Assembly: GCA_023130975.1 (NCBI GenBank)
Contig: JAGMAD010000006.1
Coordinates: 87,187 to 151,186, forward strand
Origin: Candidatus Parcubacteria bacterium
Lineage (GTDB): Bacteria > Patescibacteriota > Minisyncoccia > Minisyncoccales > JAGMDC01
Length of the DNA stretch: 64,000 bases
Direction: 5' to 3'
A program made the translations under genes and the position numbers. The notes beneath the pieces were generated by a model. It worked only from the letters and a program-made list of their open reading frames with translations, did not search any database and was not told the origin of the DNA. Position 1 is the first letter of the stretch; each line of letters begins with the position of its first letter. Of this stretch, positions 50,171 to 59,492 are shown piece after piece.

Positions 50171-52147
50171 ATGGCAAGAAGAATTTATCATCGGAAAATT
50201 TTGGGAGAGACAAAAAGGATAAAGAGAATTAAAATAATTTTAAAATTATTTGTTTTTGCTTTTGTTTTTTTTGTGTCTTTTTGTTTGCTCTTGTTTTTCT
50301 ATTATGCTAAAGACCTGCCCAGACCGGAGAAATTTATGGAAAAACAGTTTATTGAATCAACAAAAATATACGACAGAACTGGCGAGGTTCTTTTATATAA
50401 CATTTATGGAGAAGAAAAAAGAACCATTATAGCTATGGAATCAGTGCCAGAACAATTGATCCAAGCCATTATTACAGCTGAAGACAGAAGCTTTTACAAA
50501 CATCATGGCATTGATTATAGGGGCGTTATGCGGGCGATATTAGTAAACCTTAAGTTAAAAAAGCCGGCTCAGGGCGGCTCTACTATTACCCAGCAGTTAA
50601 TCAGGTCCAGTTTTTTAACTCTCAATAAAACTGCTGAAAGAAAAATAAGGGAAATTATTCTAACCATAGAGTTAGAAAGAAAATACACTAAAGACCAAAT
50701 AATGGAATGGTATTTAAATCAAGTCCCTTTTGGTTCTAATGCTTATGGCGTAGAAGCGGCTAGCCAGACCTATTTTAAAAAATCAGTCCAGGACTTATCT
50801 TTGGAAGAATCAGCTATTCTTGCCTCGCTCGTTTGCGGACCGAGCCGGCTCTCTCCTTATGGTCAAAACAAAGACAGATTATTAGGAAGAAAAGATTATG
50901 TCTTGGAAGGAATGGCAAAACAAGGGTATATATCAAAAGAGGAAGCAGAAGAGGCAAAGAAAAGAGAAATATCTTTTGCTCCCAAACTTGTGGAAATCAA
51001 AGCGCCTCATTTTACCCTTTATGTCAAAAGCCAGTTAGAAAGAGAATACGAAAGAGAATACGGTAGTAATTTTTTAAAAGAAAACGGATTAAAGGTCTAT
51101 ACTTCTCTGGATTGGGAGCTTCAGCAATTAGCAGAAAAAGCAGTGGAGGAAAGAGCAAAAATAAACAAGAATTACCGGGCGCATAATGCTGCTTTGGTTG
51201 CTTTAAATCCGAAAAACGGCGAGGTTTTGGCAATGGTCGGCTCAAAAGATTATTTCGCTGAATCCTATCCTGAAGGATGTACTTCAGGAAAAGATTGTTT
51301 ATTTGAACCAAAGGTAAATATTCCTATTTACGGCATTGGCAGGCAGCCCGGCTCTGCCTTCAAACCATTTGTTTATGTTACTGCCTTTCAAAACGGCTAT
51401 GACGATAAAACTATTGTTGTGGACGAAAAAACAAACTTTGGCCTTTGGGGAGATGAAGAATATATTCCTCAAAATTATGATGGAAAATTCAGAGGAGAAG
51501 TAACTCTAAGAGATGCCTTGGCACAATCAATTAATGTACCGTCAGTAAAGGTCTTAGTTAATTTTTGCGGCCCTACAGTACAGGAAAGCATTGAGAACAG
51601 CGTTAAGACCGCTCAAAGATTAGGCATTACTACCTTAAGACCTCCCTACGGACCAGCCATTGTTTTAGGCGGCTGGGAAGTAAGATTACTGGAAATGACT
51701 TCTGCTTATGGTATTTTTGCTACCGAGGGATTAAAAATACCGCCAGTAACTATTTTAAGAATTGAAGATGCTGATGGAAAAATAATTAAGGAAAACAAAA
51801 AAACCAGCCAAAGGGTTTTAGGCATTAATGAAACACGCCTCGTCAATGACATTCTTTCAGACAACGAAGCCAGAGCGCCGCTGTTTGGTTTTAATTCCTC
51901 TTTGTACGTCAAGGGCTATGATACAGCAGCCAAAACTGGAACTACCCAAGAGTATAAAGATGCCTGGACTATTGGGTACAGCCCTTCTTTGGTTTGCGGC
52001 GTCTGGGCTGGAAATAATAATAATTCTCCAACAAATAAAAAGCCAGGGGTAACCCTGTCAGCTCCTATTTGGAAGGCATTTATGTCAGAAGCGCTTCAAA
52101 AATTCCCTAAAGAAAATTTTATACAACCAGAAAAAGAATCTTTATAA
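50171..52147 (+). CDS. Class A penicillin-binding protein (glycosyltransferase + transpeptidase)
   Basis: GT51 motifs (EDRSFYKHHGID, GGSTITQQL) and transpeptidase motifs (SAFKP, KTGTT). The ATG at 50171 is preferred over the track TTG at 50162. Confidence 0.9.
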   Translation: MARRIYHRKILGETKRIKRIKIILKLFVFAFVFFVSFCLLLFFYYAKDLPRPEKFMEKQFIESTKIYDRTGEVLLYNIYGEEKRTIIAMESVPEQLIQAIITAEDRSFYKHHGIDYRGVMRAILVNLKLKKPAQGGSTITQQLIRSSFLTLNKTAERKIREIILTIELERKYTKDQIMEWYLNQVPFGSNAYGVEAASQTYFKKSVQDLSLEESAILASLVCGPSRLSPYGQNKDRLLGRKDYVLEGMAKQGYISKEEAEEAKKREISFAPKLVEIKAPHFTLYVKSQLEREYEREYGSNFLKENGLKVYTSLDWELQQLAEKAVEERAKINKNYRAHNAALVALNPKNGEVLAMVGSKDYFAESYPEGCTSGKDCLFEPKVNIPIYGIGRQPGSAFKPFVYVTAFQNGYDDKTIVVDEKTNFGLWGDEEYIPQNYDGKFRGEVTLRDALAQSINVPSVKVLVNFCGPTVQESIENSVKTAQRLGITTLRPPYGPAIVLGGWEVRLLEMTSAYGIFATEGLKIPPVTILRIEDADGKIIKENKKTSQRVLGINETRLVNDILSDNEARAPLFGFNSSLYVKGYDTAAKTGTTQEYKDAWTIGYSPSLVCGVWAGNNNNSPTNKKPGVTLSAPIWKAFMSEALQKFPKENFIQPEKESL

Positions 52148-52149
52148 AA

Positions 52150-52172
52150 TGTTACGTGTTACGTGTTACGTG
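52150..52172. repeat. (TGTTACG)x3 at the PBP/dnaN convergent junction
   Basis: Read directly from the sequence. It overlaps the dnaN stop codon. Confidence 0.9.
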
Positions 52173-53335
52173 GCTTTAATCGGCATTATGACATAAAGAT
52201 AGGTTGCATCTCCTACTGGTTTTAACACTGATGGTCCTTCCTCTCCGTTCATTTCAAAAATCACTTCAGAGCTTCTTATATTAGCCAGTCCTTCAATCAA
52301 AAACCTCCAGTTAAAAGAAACCTTTATTTCTTTGCCAGTGATTTTAGAAGAAAGAGAAGATTTATTTTCTCCCAGTTCCGAGCTTTGGGAAAAAATTTCT
52401 ATCTCTTTTTTAGAAGGCACGGCTTTTAATCTTATTTCATTTGTCTTGCCGCTGAAAAGAGAAGCGGTTTTTATTTTGTTTAAAAATTCGTTTCTATTTA
52501 AAATAAGCTGTGTTTCGTATTTTTTAGGGATAATTTCTTGATAATCAGGATACTCTCCCTCAATTAATCTGGAAATAAGCTGAATTTGGGGTTTAGAAAT
52601 TTCTGGAAACAACACCTCAAATAAAACCTGATTAGAGGAAAAATATATCCTGATTTTTTTTGAATCTATTTTTTTCGCTCTCTCTCCTTCTTTTTCAGAA
52701 AAGATATTAAGGAGCTCTCTGCTTGCTTTTAAAGGAAGTATAAAAGAATACCCTTTTTCAGAAATTAAATCACTGTTAATTTTATTTTCAAAATATAATG
52801 TTTTTTCTGCCAACCTAAAACTGTCAGTGGCTGTTATTTTCAGCCGTTCTTTTTGAAAATCAAAATATATTCCGGATAATTCCACTCTTGTTTGATTAGG
52901 AGTAGTGAAATTAATTACCTGGGAAATTCCCTCATAAAAAGGAGTGGTCTTTATTTCTAAATAGTCCTTGGTTTCAATCTTAGGAATAATAGGAAATTCT
53001 TCAGGATCCTGTCCTTTAATTTGGGCTTTTTGATTTTTACAATCAAGATGGAGAATATTATTTTTAACTTCTAAATTTATTTTTTCTTCTGGTAAAAAAT
53101 TAATAAAATCAGACAAAAGTTTGGCTGGTATTGCTATTTTTCCTGGTTTTTCTATTTTAGATAAAGCCCAGTATTTTATAGCTATTTCAAGGTCAGTAGT
53201 AATAAGATTTAAAAGATTATTATCAGTAGAAATTAAAACATTATTTAAAATAGGAAGAGTAAGATTTTTTGTTGTTATTTTTTCTGTGATATCTAATCCT
53301 TTTTTTAAGTTTTCTTTTAGAATTATTGTTTTCAT
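52166..53335 (-). CDS. dnaN: DNA polymerase III beta sliding clamp
   Basis: 389-aa ORF immediately downstream of dnaA. Its length and three-domain repeat pattern are typical of DnaN. Confidence 0.85.
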   Translation of the reverse strand: MKTIILKENLKKGLDITEKITTKNLTLPILNNVLISTDNNLLNLITTDLEIAIKYWALSKIEKPGKIAIPAKLLSDFINFLPEEKINLEVKNNILHLDCKNQKAQIKGQDPEEFPIIPKIETKDYLEIKTTPFYEGISQVINFTTPNQTRVELSGIYFDFQKERLKITATDSFRLAEKTLYFENKINSDLISEKGYSFILPLKASRELLNIFSEKEGERAKKIDSKKIRIYFSSNQVLFEVLFPEISKPQIQLISRLIEGEYPDYQEIIPKKYETQLILNRNEFLNKIKTASLFSGKTNEIRLKAVPSKKEIEIFSQSSELGENKSSLSSKITGKEIKVSFNWRFLIEGLANIRSSEVIFEMNGEEGPSVLKPVGDATYLYVIMPIKAT

Positions 53336-53563
53336 ATTTTTGTTTTAATAACTATTAATTATTAATTAAATAGAATTTGTTATTATTAGATATGTGTATT
53401 TCTTTTATTTTTGCTTAATTTAGCTATAAATTTAGATGTGAATAAAATGTTGATGAAGAATAATTTTTATTGGTTTGTTTTTGAGTGCCTATTTTAATTC
53501 CCATATTTCCATTTCTTTTCCCTTAGTTTTCCTCTATTTTCCCACTGTATTTCTCTTGTATTT
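53336..53563. other. dnaA-dnaN spacer with DnaA-box-like sites and a very AT-rich stretch (possible second oriC half with DUE)
   Basis: TGTGaATAA (53437-53445) and TGTtGATgA (53448-53456) lie 11 bp apart. The stretch 53341-53390 is almost pure A/T. Confidence 0.45.
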
Positions 53564-54922
53564 TTAAACAGAATATATCCTGTGTTTTATTAAATTTACC
53601 TCTTCAAAAAGTCTTTCATTTTCTTTTATTTCTCTGGAGATTTTTTCAAAAGCATGGATAGCTGTAGTATGGTCTTTTCCGCCGAATTTCCTGCCAATAA
53701 AAGGAAAAGAGTAATTCAACGATTCTCTTAAAATATACATTGCTATTTGTCTAGGGAAAACGATTTCTTTTTTTCTTGAAGCAGCGATAAGATCTTTTTC
53801 TTTCAAATCGTAAAATTCAGCCACTGTTTGAATAATTTTTTTAGGACTAACCATTTTTGCCGGGCCAGAAATTATATTTTTTAAAAGTGTCTTAGCTATC
53901 TGACAATCAGGAATTTGATTATTTAGTTTTTGGTAGGCAATTAATCTGTTTAAGGCACCCTCTAATTCCCTAATATTTTCTTTAATATTGGAACTAATAT
54001 ATTCTAAAACATCATTGGAAAGATTTATTCCTTTTTCCTGAGATTTGACCTTTAAAATAGCCATTCTTGTTTCATAGTCAGGGAAACCAATATCAGCAAT
54101 CATTCCTCCTTCAAACCGGGAGCGCAACCGTTCTTCCAAACTGGAGATTGCTTTTGGCGGACGGTCTGAGGAAAGGATTATCTGCTTATTTTTTTCATAT
54201 AAGGCATTGAAAATATGGAAAAATTCCTCTTGGGTTTTTTCTTTGCCAGCTAAAAACTGAATATCATCAATAATTAAAACGTCAATTTTTCGGTGATTAT
54301 TTTTAAACTCCTCAATGCTGTGATTTTTAATTGAAGAGACGACGCCGGAAATAAATTTTTCAGATGTAATATACTTTGTTTTCTTGTCAGGAAAATTTTT
54401 AACCGTCTTATTGCCAATGGCTTGGATAAGATGGGTTTTGCCTAAACCTACTCCGCCGTAAATAAATAAAGGATTATAAATTGTGCCTGGATTTTTGGAA
54501 ATAGCCCAAGCCGCAGCATGGGGAAGTTCGTTAAAAGGCCCTACTACAAAGTTTTCAAACAAATAACGAGGGTTTAGATTAGAGATTTTATTAATCTTAA
54601 ATTCTTCAAATTGGAGCTGTTCTTCGTCTGGGTAGTGATCTGTAATTCGGGATCGCTCTTTCTTTACCTCCAGCCCGGTCCTGGGTACTTCATATTTTAT
54701 TTCTTTAACGTTTTCATTTAAACTGTGGGCAATTTTTAAAATAGTTTTATTGTATTTGTTTTCTAACCATTCTTTAGAAAAATGATTAGGGACTGAAATC
54801 ACGATTTTTCCTTCTTGTTTTAAAAGAATTTTAGTGTTTTTAAACCAGGTTGCAAAATTAGCTGGAGAGGTATTGAATTGGATTTGGGCAAGTATTGCTT
54901 GCCAGAGTTCTTCCTTAGTCAT
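53564..54922 (-). CDS. dnaA: Chromosomal replication initiator DnaA
   Basis: 452-aa ORF with Walker A GGVGLGKTHL, an AAA+ core and the C-terminal DNA-binding helix (..GGKDHTTAIHAFEKI..). Confidence 0.95.
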   Translation of the reverse strand: MTKEELWQAILAQIQFNTSPANFATWFKNTKILLKQEGKIVISVPNHFSKEWLENKYNKTILKIAHSLNENVKEIKYEVPRTGLEVKKERSRITDHYPDEEQLQFEEFKINKISNLNPRYLFENFVVGPFNELPHAAAWAISKNPGTIYNPLFIYGGVGLGKTHLIQAIGNKTVKNFPDKKTKYITSEKFISGVVSSIKNHSIEEFKNNHRKIDVLIIDDIQFLAGKEKTQEEFFHIFNALYEKNKQIILSSDRPPKAISSLEERLRSRFEGGMIADIGFPDYETRMAILKVKSQEKGINLSNDVLEYISSNIKENIRELEGALNRLIAYQKLNNQIPDCQIAKTLLKNIISGPAKMVSPKKIIQTVAEFYDLKEKDLIAASRKKEIVFPRQIAMYILRESLNYSFPFIGRKFGGKDHTTAIHAFEKISREIKENERLFEEVNLIKHRIYSV

Positions 54923-55111
54923 AATGTATTTTCATCATATCACATTGTCAAATAAAATAAAATAAATATAAAAATAAAATAATACCTGAAATCTGTTGAT
55001 AAACTGTGGAAAAAATGTGGGGAAAACACATAACACATAACACATAACAATATATTGTTTTTTGTTTTTAAATATGATAATGTTAAAATATTAGAATGTT
55101 AAAACGTTAAA
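54923..55111. other. dnaA-rpmH intergenic region, a probable oriC segment
   Basis: Three same-orientation DnaA-box-like 9-mers at 11-bp phasing: TGTtGATAA (54994-55002), TGTGGAaAA (55005-55013) and TGTGGggAA (55016-55024). The rpmH-dnaA-dnaN synteny is classical. Confidence 0.6.
55027..55049. repeat. (CACATAA)x3, the reverse complement of (TTATGTG)x3
   Basis: Read directly from the sequence. It is an inverted, one-transition variant of the array at 52150-52172. Confidence 0.9.
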
Positions 55112-55246
55112 ATGAGCATCACTTATCAACCTAAAAAAAGAAAAAGGAAAAAAACTCATGGGTTTTTAAATAGAAAGAGAACAAAAGGAGGGAAAAGGGT
55201 TCTGGCGCAGAGGAGAAGAAAAGGAAGGAAGAAACTTACAGTTTAA
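55112..55246 (+). CDS. rpmH: 50S ribosomal protein L34
   Basis: Not in the ORF track (44 aa). Own translation gives [44 protein letters not shown]. Confidence 0.9.
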   Translation: MSITYQPKKRKRKKTHGFLNRKRTKGGKRVLAQRRRKGRKKLTV

Positions 55247-55248
55247 TT

Positions 55249-55587
55249 ATGTTAGTAAAAGAAAACCGTCTTAAAAACAAGAAAGATTTTGATATAGTGT
55301 TTAGAGAGGGGAAAGGATATAAGGGGGATTTTTTATTTTTGAAAGTTAAAAATAATAATTTAGGATTTAGTAGATTTGGCATTGTAGTGGGTAAAAAAGT
55401 TTCCAATAAAGCTGTGATTCGCAATAAAATCAAAAGGCGTCTAAGAGAAATATTAAGAAAGAAAACAGACAGAATAAAAAAAGGCGTGGATATCATATTA
55501 ATAACCCTTCCGGGCATAGAAAAACAAGGGTTCAAGGATTTGGAAAACGAGGTTGAGAAAGTATTAAAAAAAGCAGAAATAATATGA
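55249..55587 (+). CDS. rnpA: RNase P protein component
   Basis: 112-aa basic ORF containing ..[12 protein letters not shown].. and ..[14 protein letters not shown]... Its position after rpmH supports the call. Confidence 0.85.
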   Translation: MLVKENRLKNKKDFDIVFREGKGYKGDFLFLKVKNNNLGFSRFGIVVGKKVSNKAVIRNKIKRRLREILRKKTDRIKKGVDIILITLPGIEKQGFKDLENEVEKVLKKAEII

Positions 55588-55793
55588 TTAAAAGTTTAAT
55601 TTTTAGAATTATAAGGTTTTATCAGAAGTTTGTCTCTCCTGCCCTTGGAGAGCATTGTCGCTTTTATCCCAGCTGTTCAGAATATTGTTTTTTAGCTATT
55701 AAAAAATATGGTATACTTAAAGGGTTGTTTTTAGGAATAAAAAGAATTTTAAGATGCCATCCTTTTAATGAAGGAGGAATAGATTTACCATAA
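55584..55793 (+). CDS. yidD: Membrane protein insertion efficiency factor YidD
   Basis: 69-aa ORF containing ..[22 protein letters not shown]... Confidence 0.85.
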   Translation: MIKSLIFRIIRFYQKFVSPALGEHCRFYPSCSEYCFLAIKKYGILKGLFLGIKRILRCHPFNEGGIDLP

Positions 55794-55796
55794 AAA

Positions 55797-56555
55797 ATGT
55801 TTGAATTATTTACTTCATTTTTTCATATTGTTCTTTATCAGCCATTGTTTAATGGTTTAATTTTATTATATCAATATATTCCGGGCCGCGATTTCGGCAT
55901 TGCTGTAATTGTTTTAACTATTTTAATAAGGTTAATAATGTATCCTTTGGGGACAAAAGGTATTAAAGCCCAAAAAGCTCTTTCTGAACTTCAGCCGAAG
56001 ATGAAAGAAATTCAGGACAAGTTCAAGCAAGACAAAGAAAAGCAAGGCAGGGCAATGATGGAGCTTTATAAAAAAGAAAAAATCAATCCCCTTTCTGGAT
56101 GCCTGCCTCTATTGATTCAGCTTCCAATTATTATCGCTCTTTATCAGGTCTTTTTATCATTTAAAGAAGCAGGTCTAGGACCTGACCAGCTTCATGCCTT
56201 GTATCCTTTTGTCCATTTTGCCAATGACATTAGCACTTCATTTTTGGGCATTATAGAACTTACAGAGCCATTTTGGCCCTTGGCTATTTTGGTTGGTGTT
56301 TTACAATTTTTCCAAACAAAAATGATAACCCCTCAACAAAAAGGCCTTTTTTCTAAATCAAAAAAGCAGGATACAATGGCTCAGTTTTCAAATATGATGC
56401 AAAAACAAATGCTTTACTTCTTCCCTGTTTTTATTGTTCTAATTCTTTGGCGATTAGCTTCGGTGGTCGCTTTATATTTACTGGTCTTTACTTTATTTAG
56501 CATTGTCCAGCAATATTTTACTTTAAAGAAAGATAAACTAAAACCTACAGATTAA
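55797..56555 (+). CDS. yidC: Membrane insertase YidC (short form)
   Basis: 252-aa ORF with five TM helices and the ..MMELYKKEKINPLSGCLPLLIQLPI.. motif. Confidence 0.85.
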   Translation: MFELFTSFFHIVLYQPLFNGLILLYQYIPGRDFGIAVIVLTILIRLIMYPLGTKGIKAQKALSELQPKMKEIQDKFKQDKEKQGRAMMELYKKEKINPLSGCLPLLIQLPIIIALYQVFLSFKEAGLGPDQLHALYPFVHFANDISTSFLGIIELTEPFWPLAILVGVLQFFQTKMITPQQKGLFSKSKKQDTMAQFSNMMQKQMLYFFPVFIVLILWRLASVVALYLLVFTLFSIVQQYFTLKKDKLKPTD

Positions 56556-56564
56556 AATGCTTCT

Positions 56565-57044
56565 ATGATTAAACAAGAAAATTTAGAGATAATTAAAAAA
56601 ACTGCTGAGGAATTTTTCAAAAAGATCTGTTTTGAACCAGAAATTATTGAAGTAAAATCCCTGCCTAATGAGGAAACGGTTTCTATTGATTTAGAAATGG
56701 AAGAACCTCAGATTTTGATTGGTGAAAGAGGTCAGACCTTGGCTGAAATTCAGCATTTATTAAAAGCGATGTTAAGAAGAAAAATAGCAGAACAGTTTTA
56801 TATCAATGTTGATATTAATGATTACAAAAAGAAAAAAAGCGAGTATCTAAAAGAGATGGCTCGTTCAGTAGCTGATGAAGTGGCTTTGTCTAAGAAAGAA
56901 AGAGTTCTTGGGCCAATGCCTGCTTATGAAAGAAGGATTATCCATTTGGAGCTAGCTGAAAGAGAAAATATTGTTGCAGAAAGCATTGGCCAAGAGCCGG
57001 AAAGAAGAGTGGTGATTAAACCAGCTGATAAGCCGATAAACTAA
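56565..57044 (+). CDS. jag: Jag/KhpB-like RNA-binding protein (KH + R3H)
   Basis: 159-aa ORF containing ..PMPAYERRIIHLEL.., which is R3H-like. Its position after yidC supports the call. Confidence 0.75.
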   Translation: MIKQENLEIIKKTAEEFFKKICFEPEIIEVKSLPNEETVSIDLEMEEPQILIGERGQTLAEIQHLLKAMLRRKIAEQFYINVDINDYKKKKSEYLKEMARSVADEVALSKKERVLGPMPAYERRIIHLELAERENIVAESIGQEPERRVVIKPADKPIN

Positions 57045-57064
57045 TAAACTGGTAAGTAGTAAGT

Positions 57065-57090
57065 AAAAAAACCGCTGAGAGGCGGTTTTT
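57065..57090. terminator. Bidirectional intrinsic terminator AAAAAAACCGC-tgagag-GCGGTTTTT
   Basis: GC stem flanked by A and T runs, between convergent jag and the island. Confidence 0.8.
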
Positions 57091-57137
57091 CTGTAATGTC
57101 ATAATATGAAGAATTAGATATATCTATATTTTCCTTC

Positions 57138-58496
57138 TTATTCTACATTTATGATAAAATATGCTCGAGGTTTTACTCCGTCAGGGTTAGGATCATAGAC
57201 ATCCTCTCCTTTTATAGTAGAATAACAATTTGTGTAAGATGGTTTTTCAAAAAGTTGACATATTCTAGGTCTTCCCTCTTCATCTTTCTCTTCACCAAGA
57301 GGTACAGTCATAATTACAACAACATATGGTCCGTTGATTTCAAAGGATTTAATCCGTTTATCTGCAGATTCTCCAGCCAGTTCTCCCTCCTCAAATGTGT
57401 GACCTTCAAGGCTAGCTACCGCCATTACGCTGCCTATTTCACGCTCTACTGTAAACTTACTTCCCTTACAATCAAGCGAGTCATAAAAAACTACATTACC
57501 AGATACATCTTTAGACAAATCCACGGTAAATACATACACAGAAGAAAGATTATTGTTTCCTATTGTAATATTAGAAGAAGGAAAAGGAAGGGGTTTGGAA
57601 AAATCTGATATTTCTGTAACATTTGGTAGTGGCGTATCTTCCATTGCTATTTCCTCTGGTAAAACTATTCCACATAAATGTGTAAAGTTTGGTTCAGTAA
57701 ATAAAACTACCCCCTTAGCTATTTCTTCGTTGACGTGGTTAATTTTTAGTGATTGAGTATTATTATCCCATATGTCGAGATTGGCTGCGCTGCCAGAGAG
57801 ATAGAGCGGATGCCTTGTGCTGCTTCCGAAACCAGTTTCTTTATAAAGATAAACCCCTGGCCTGTTCCAGAGGAAAAAGAAGGATTTTCCCGAGGTAGAA
57901 TCCGTAGAGCCGGTTCCGCTATTCTCAATTTCTGTTACGTTTCCTTTATATCCTTCTTCTGTATAGGCAAAGACCGAATATAATTCTTCGGGAGGACTGA
58001 TAAATTCTATTGATACTACGTCAAAATCTTTAATACTTGGAATGCTTGACGCATAATATCTTTTTTCATCTTCATTATTTATTAAATAAACTCCGTTAAC
58101 CGGCTTTAAGGGCTCCATTTCTTTTAAGATTGCTAATTCTGGATTAATAGTAGTCAAAATTAAATAACATAGAAGTAAAAGAACTAAACCAATTATTCCG
58201 CTGAGTATTCGGGATTTAGCGTCACTAATTTTAGTTGGGTCACCAGCTGAAATTAAATAAACAATTCCTCCATAAACCATCACGGCAAAAGCTAAAATTC
58301 CTCCAAGCATTACAGCAAAGTTAAAAATATATTTTATGTATCCAGGCAGTTTTGTTTCTCCGGTTGGCGCTTCTCCTCCTATTCCAGGATATTCAATTTC
58401 TAAATCCCTTTCAGCAAGACAAAAACTACTACAAAACAAAATTAGTAAAGCAGCGAAAAAAAAGATGAAAATAAATTTTTGACCAGTTTTAGTCAT
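57138..58496 (-). CDS. VirB2/TrbC-like (T4SS-pilin-like) domain fused to a ~330-aa beta-rich C-terminal module (paralogue 1)
   Basis: 452-aa ORF. The signal peptide ends ..FCLA|ERDLEIEYPGIGGEAP. Two TM helices are separated by SAGDPTKISDAKS, followed by TTINPELA. The central part is near-identical to 60839-62170. Confidence 0.55.
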   Translation of the reverse strand: MTKTGQKFIFIFFFAALLILFCSSFCLAERDLEIEYPGIGGEAPTGETKLPGYIKYIFNFAVMLGGILAFAVMVYGGIVYLISAGDPTKISDAKSRILSGIIGLVLLLLCYLILTTINPELAILKEMEPLKPVNGVYLINNEDEKRYYASSIPSIKDFDVVSIEFISPPEELYSVFAYTEEGYKGNVTEIENSGTGSTDSTSGKSFFFLWNRPGVYLYKETGFGSSTRHPLYLSGSAANLDIWDNNTQSLKINHVNEEIAKGVVLFTEPNFTHLCGIVLPEEIAMEDTPLPNVTEISDFSKPLPFPSSNITIGNNNLSSVYVFTVDLSKDVSGNVVFYDSLDCKGSKFTVEREIGSVMAVASLEGHTFEEGELAGESADKRIKSFEINGPYVVVIMTVPLGEEKDEEGRPRICQLFEKPSYTNCYSTIKGEDVYDPNPDGVKPRAYFIINVE

Positions 58497-58517
58497 TTGA
58501 AAATTGAAAATTAATCC

Positions 58518-59492
58518 TTACTTTCCTTCGCAGCAAAAGTAATTATCCATAAAATCTCTAATTGCTTCTCGGCATTCCAGGCTGTCTTTATTTGTTTCGC
58601 AGATTGGTTGAATGTTCTCTTCTATAAATTCCTTAAACATACTGGTTTCAGAAGCATAATAAGGATAGCAATGGGGGAAAGGAATTATTTTATCTTCAAA
58701 ATAACCTAAGATATTAAGTTCACCTAAATATATTTTATCCAAAGCTATTTCACAACTCAAGGTCCTCATATTTGTTTTTGTCTCTTTAAGCGCAAATTCA
58801 TAACCAATAAGACATTCCTCTAATTTTACTCGCGAATTAAGAAGTTTATTTAGAATTTTCCAGCGATTCGGGTCCTCATCCGATAAATTTTCTGCTTCTA
58901 TTAAGTTTATTATTCTCTCAGTAGAATCCGCGATGTTTTGAGGTCTGGGCTCAAGGGAGTTGTAATAATCTTCAATATTATTATAATGATTTTCTATTTC
59001 ATTGTAGGTATTATTTATTTCGTTCATTGGACAAGGTTCACCTGTACAAGGAGTACAAGAGCATTTGACACAAATACCTTCAATTTCTATACAGTTACAA
59101 TCACCGGGATCACAAGGAGTATCAGCGCAATCTTTACAACTGTCTGGGCCGGTCAAGTCAATTAACTTCCATGCCGCTTCTATTTCTAATTCTGCTTCGT
59201 CTCTTTCTGCTAATGCTTCCTCTACTTCTGCTGTTCCTTCATTATAAATATTTTCAAGTTCATCAATTATTTTTTGAGCAAAATCTTCAGTTTCATCAGT
59301 GGTCTCACCAATAGGAATTTTGCCTTTTGGAAACTCGGCATATTTTGTTTCTATAACTGGATCTACTACACACTTTTCTTTTTCTCCCCAAGCAAAAACC
59401 TGGCTATTTTTATTATAGAATAAACTTGAACATAACAAAAGCAAAGAAATCAAGGAAATAAAAATAATTTTGTGGATATTGCTATTTTTCAT
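58518..59492 (-). CDS. Secreted Cys-rich acidic protein
   Basis: Starts MKNSNIHKIIFISLISLLLLCSS (signal peptide) and contains the Cys cluster CKDCADTPCDPGDCNCIEIEGICVKCSCTPCTGEPCP. The ATG at 59492 overlaps the upstream stop by 11 nt. The track start is 59567. Confidence 0.5.
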   Translation of the reverse strand: MKNSNIHKIIFISLISLLLLCSSLFYNKNSQVFAWGEKEKCVVDPVIETKYAEFPKGKIPIGETTDETEDFAQKIIDELENIYNEGTAEVEEALAERDEAELEIEAAWKLIDLTGPDSCKDCADTPCDPGDCNCIEIEGICVKCSCTPCTGEPCPMNEINNTYNEIENHYNNIEDYYNSLEPRPQNIADSTERIINLIEAENLSDEDPNRWKILNKLLNSRVKLEECLIGYEFALKETKTNMRTLSCEIALDKIYLGELNILGYFEDKIIPFPHCYPYYASETSMFKEFIEENIQPICETNKDSLECREAIRDFMDNYFCCEGK

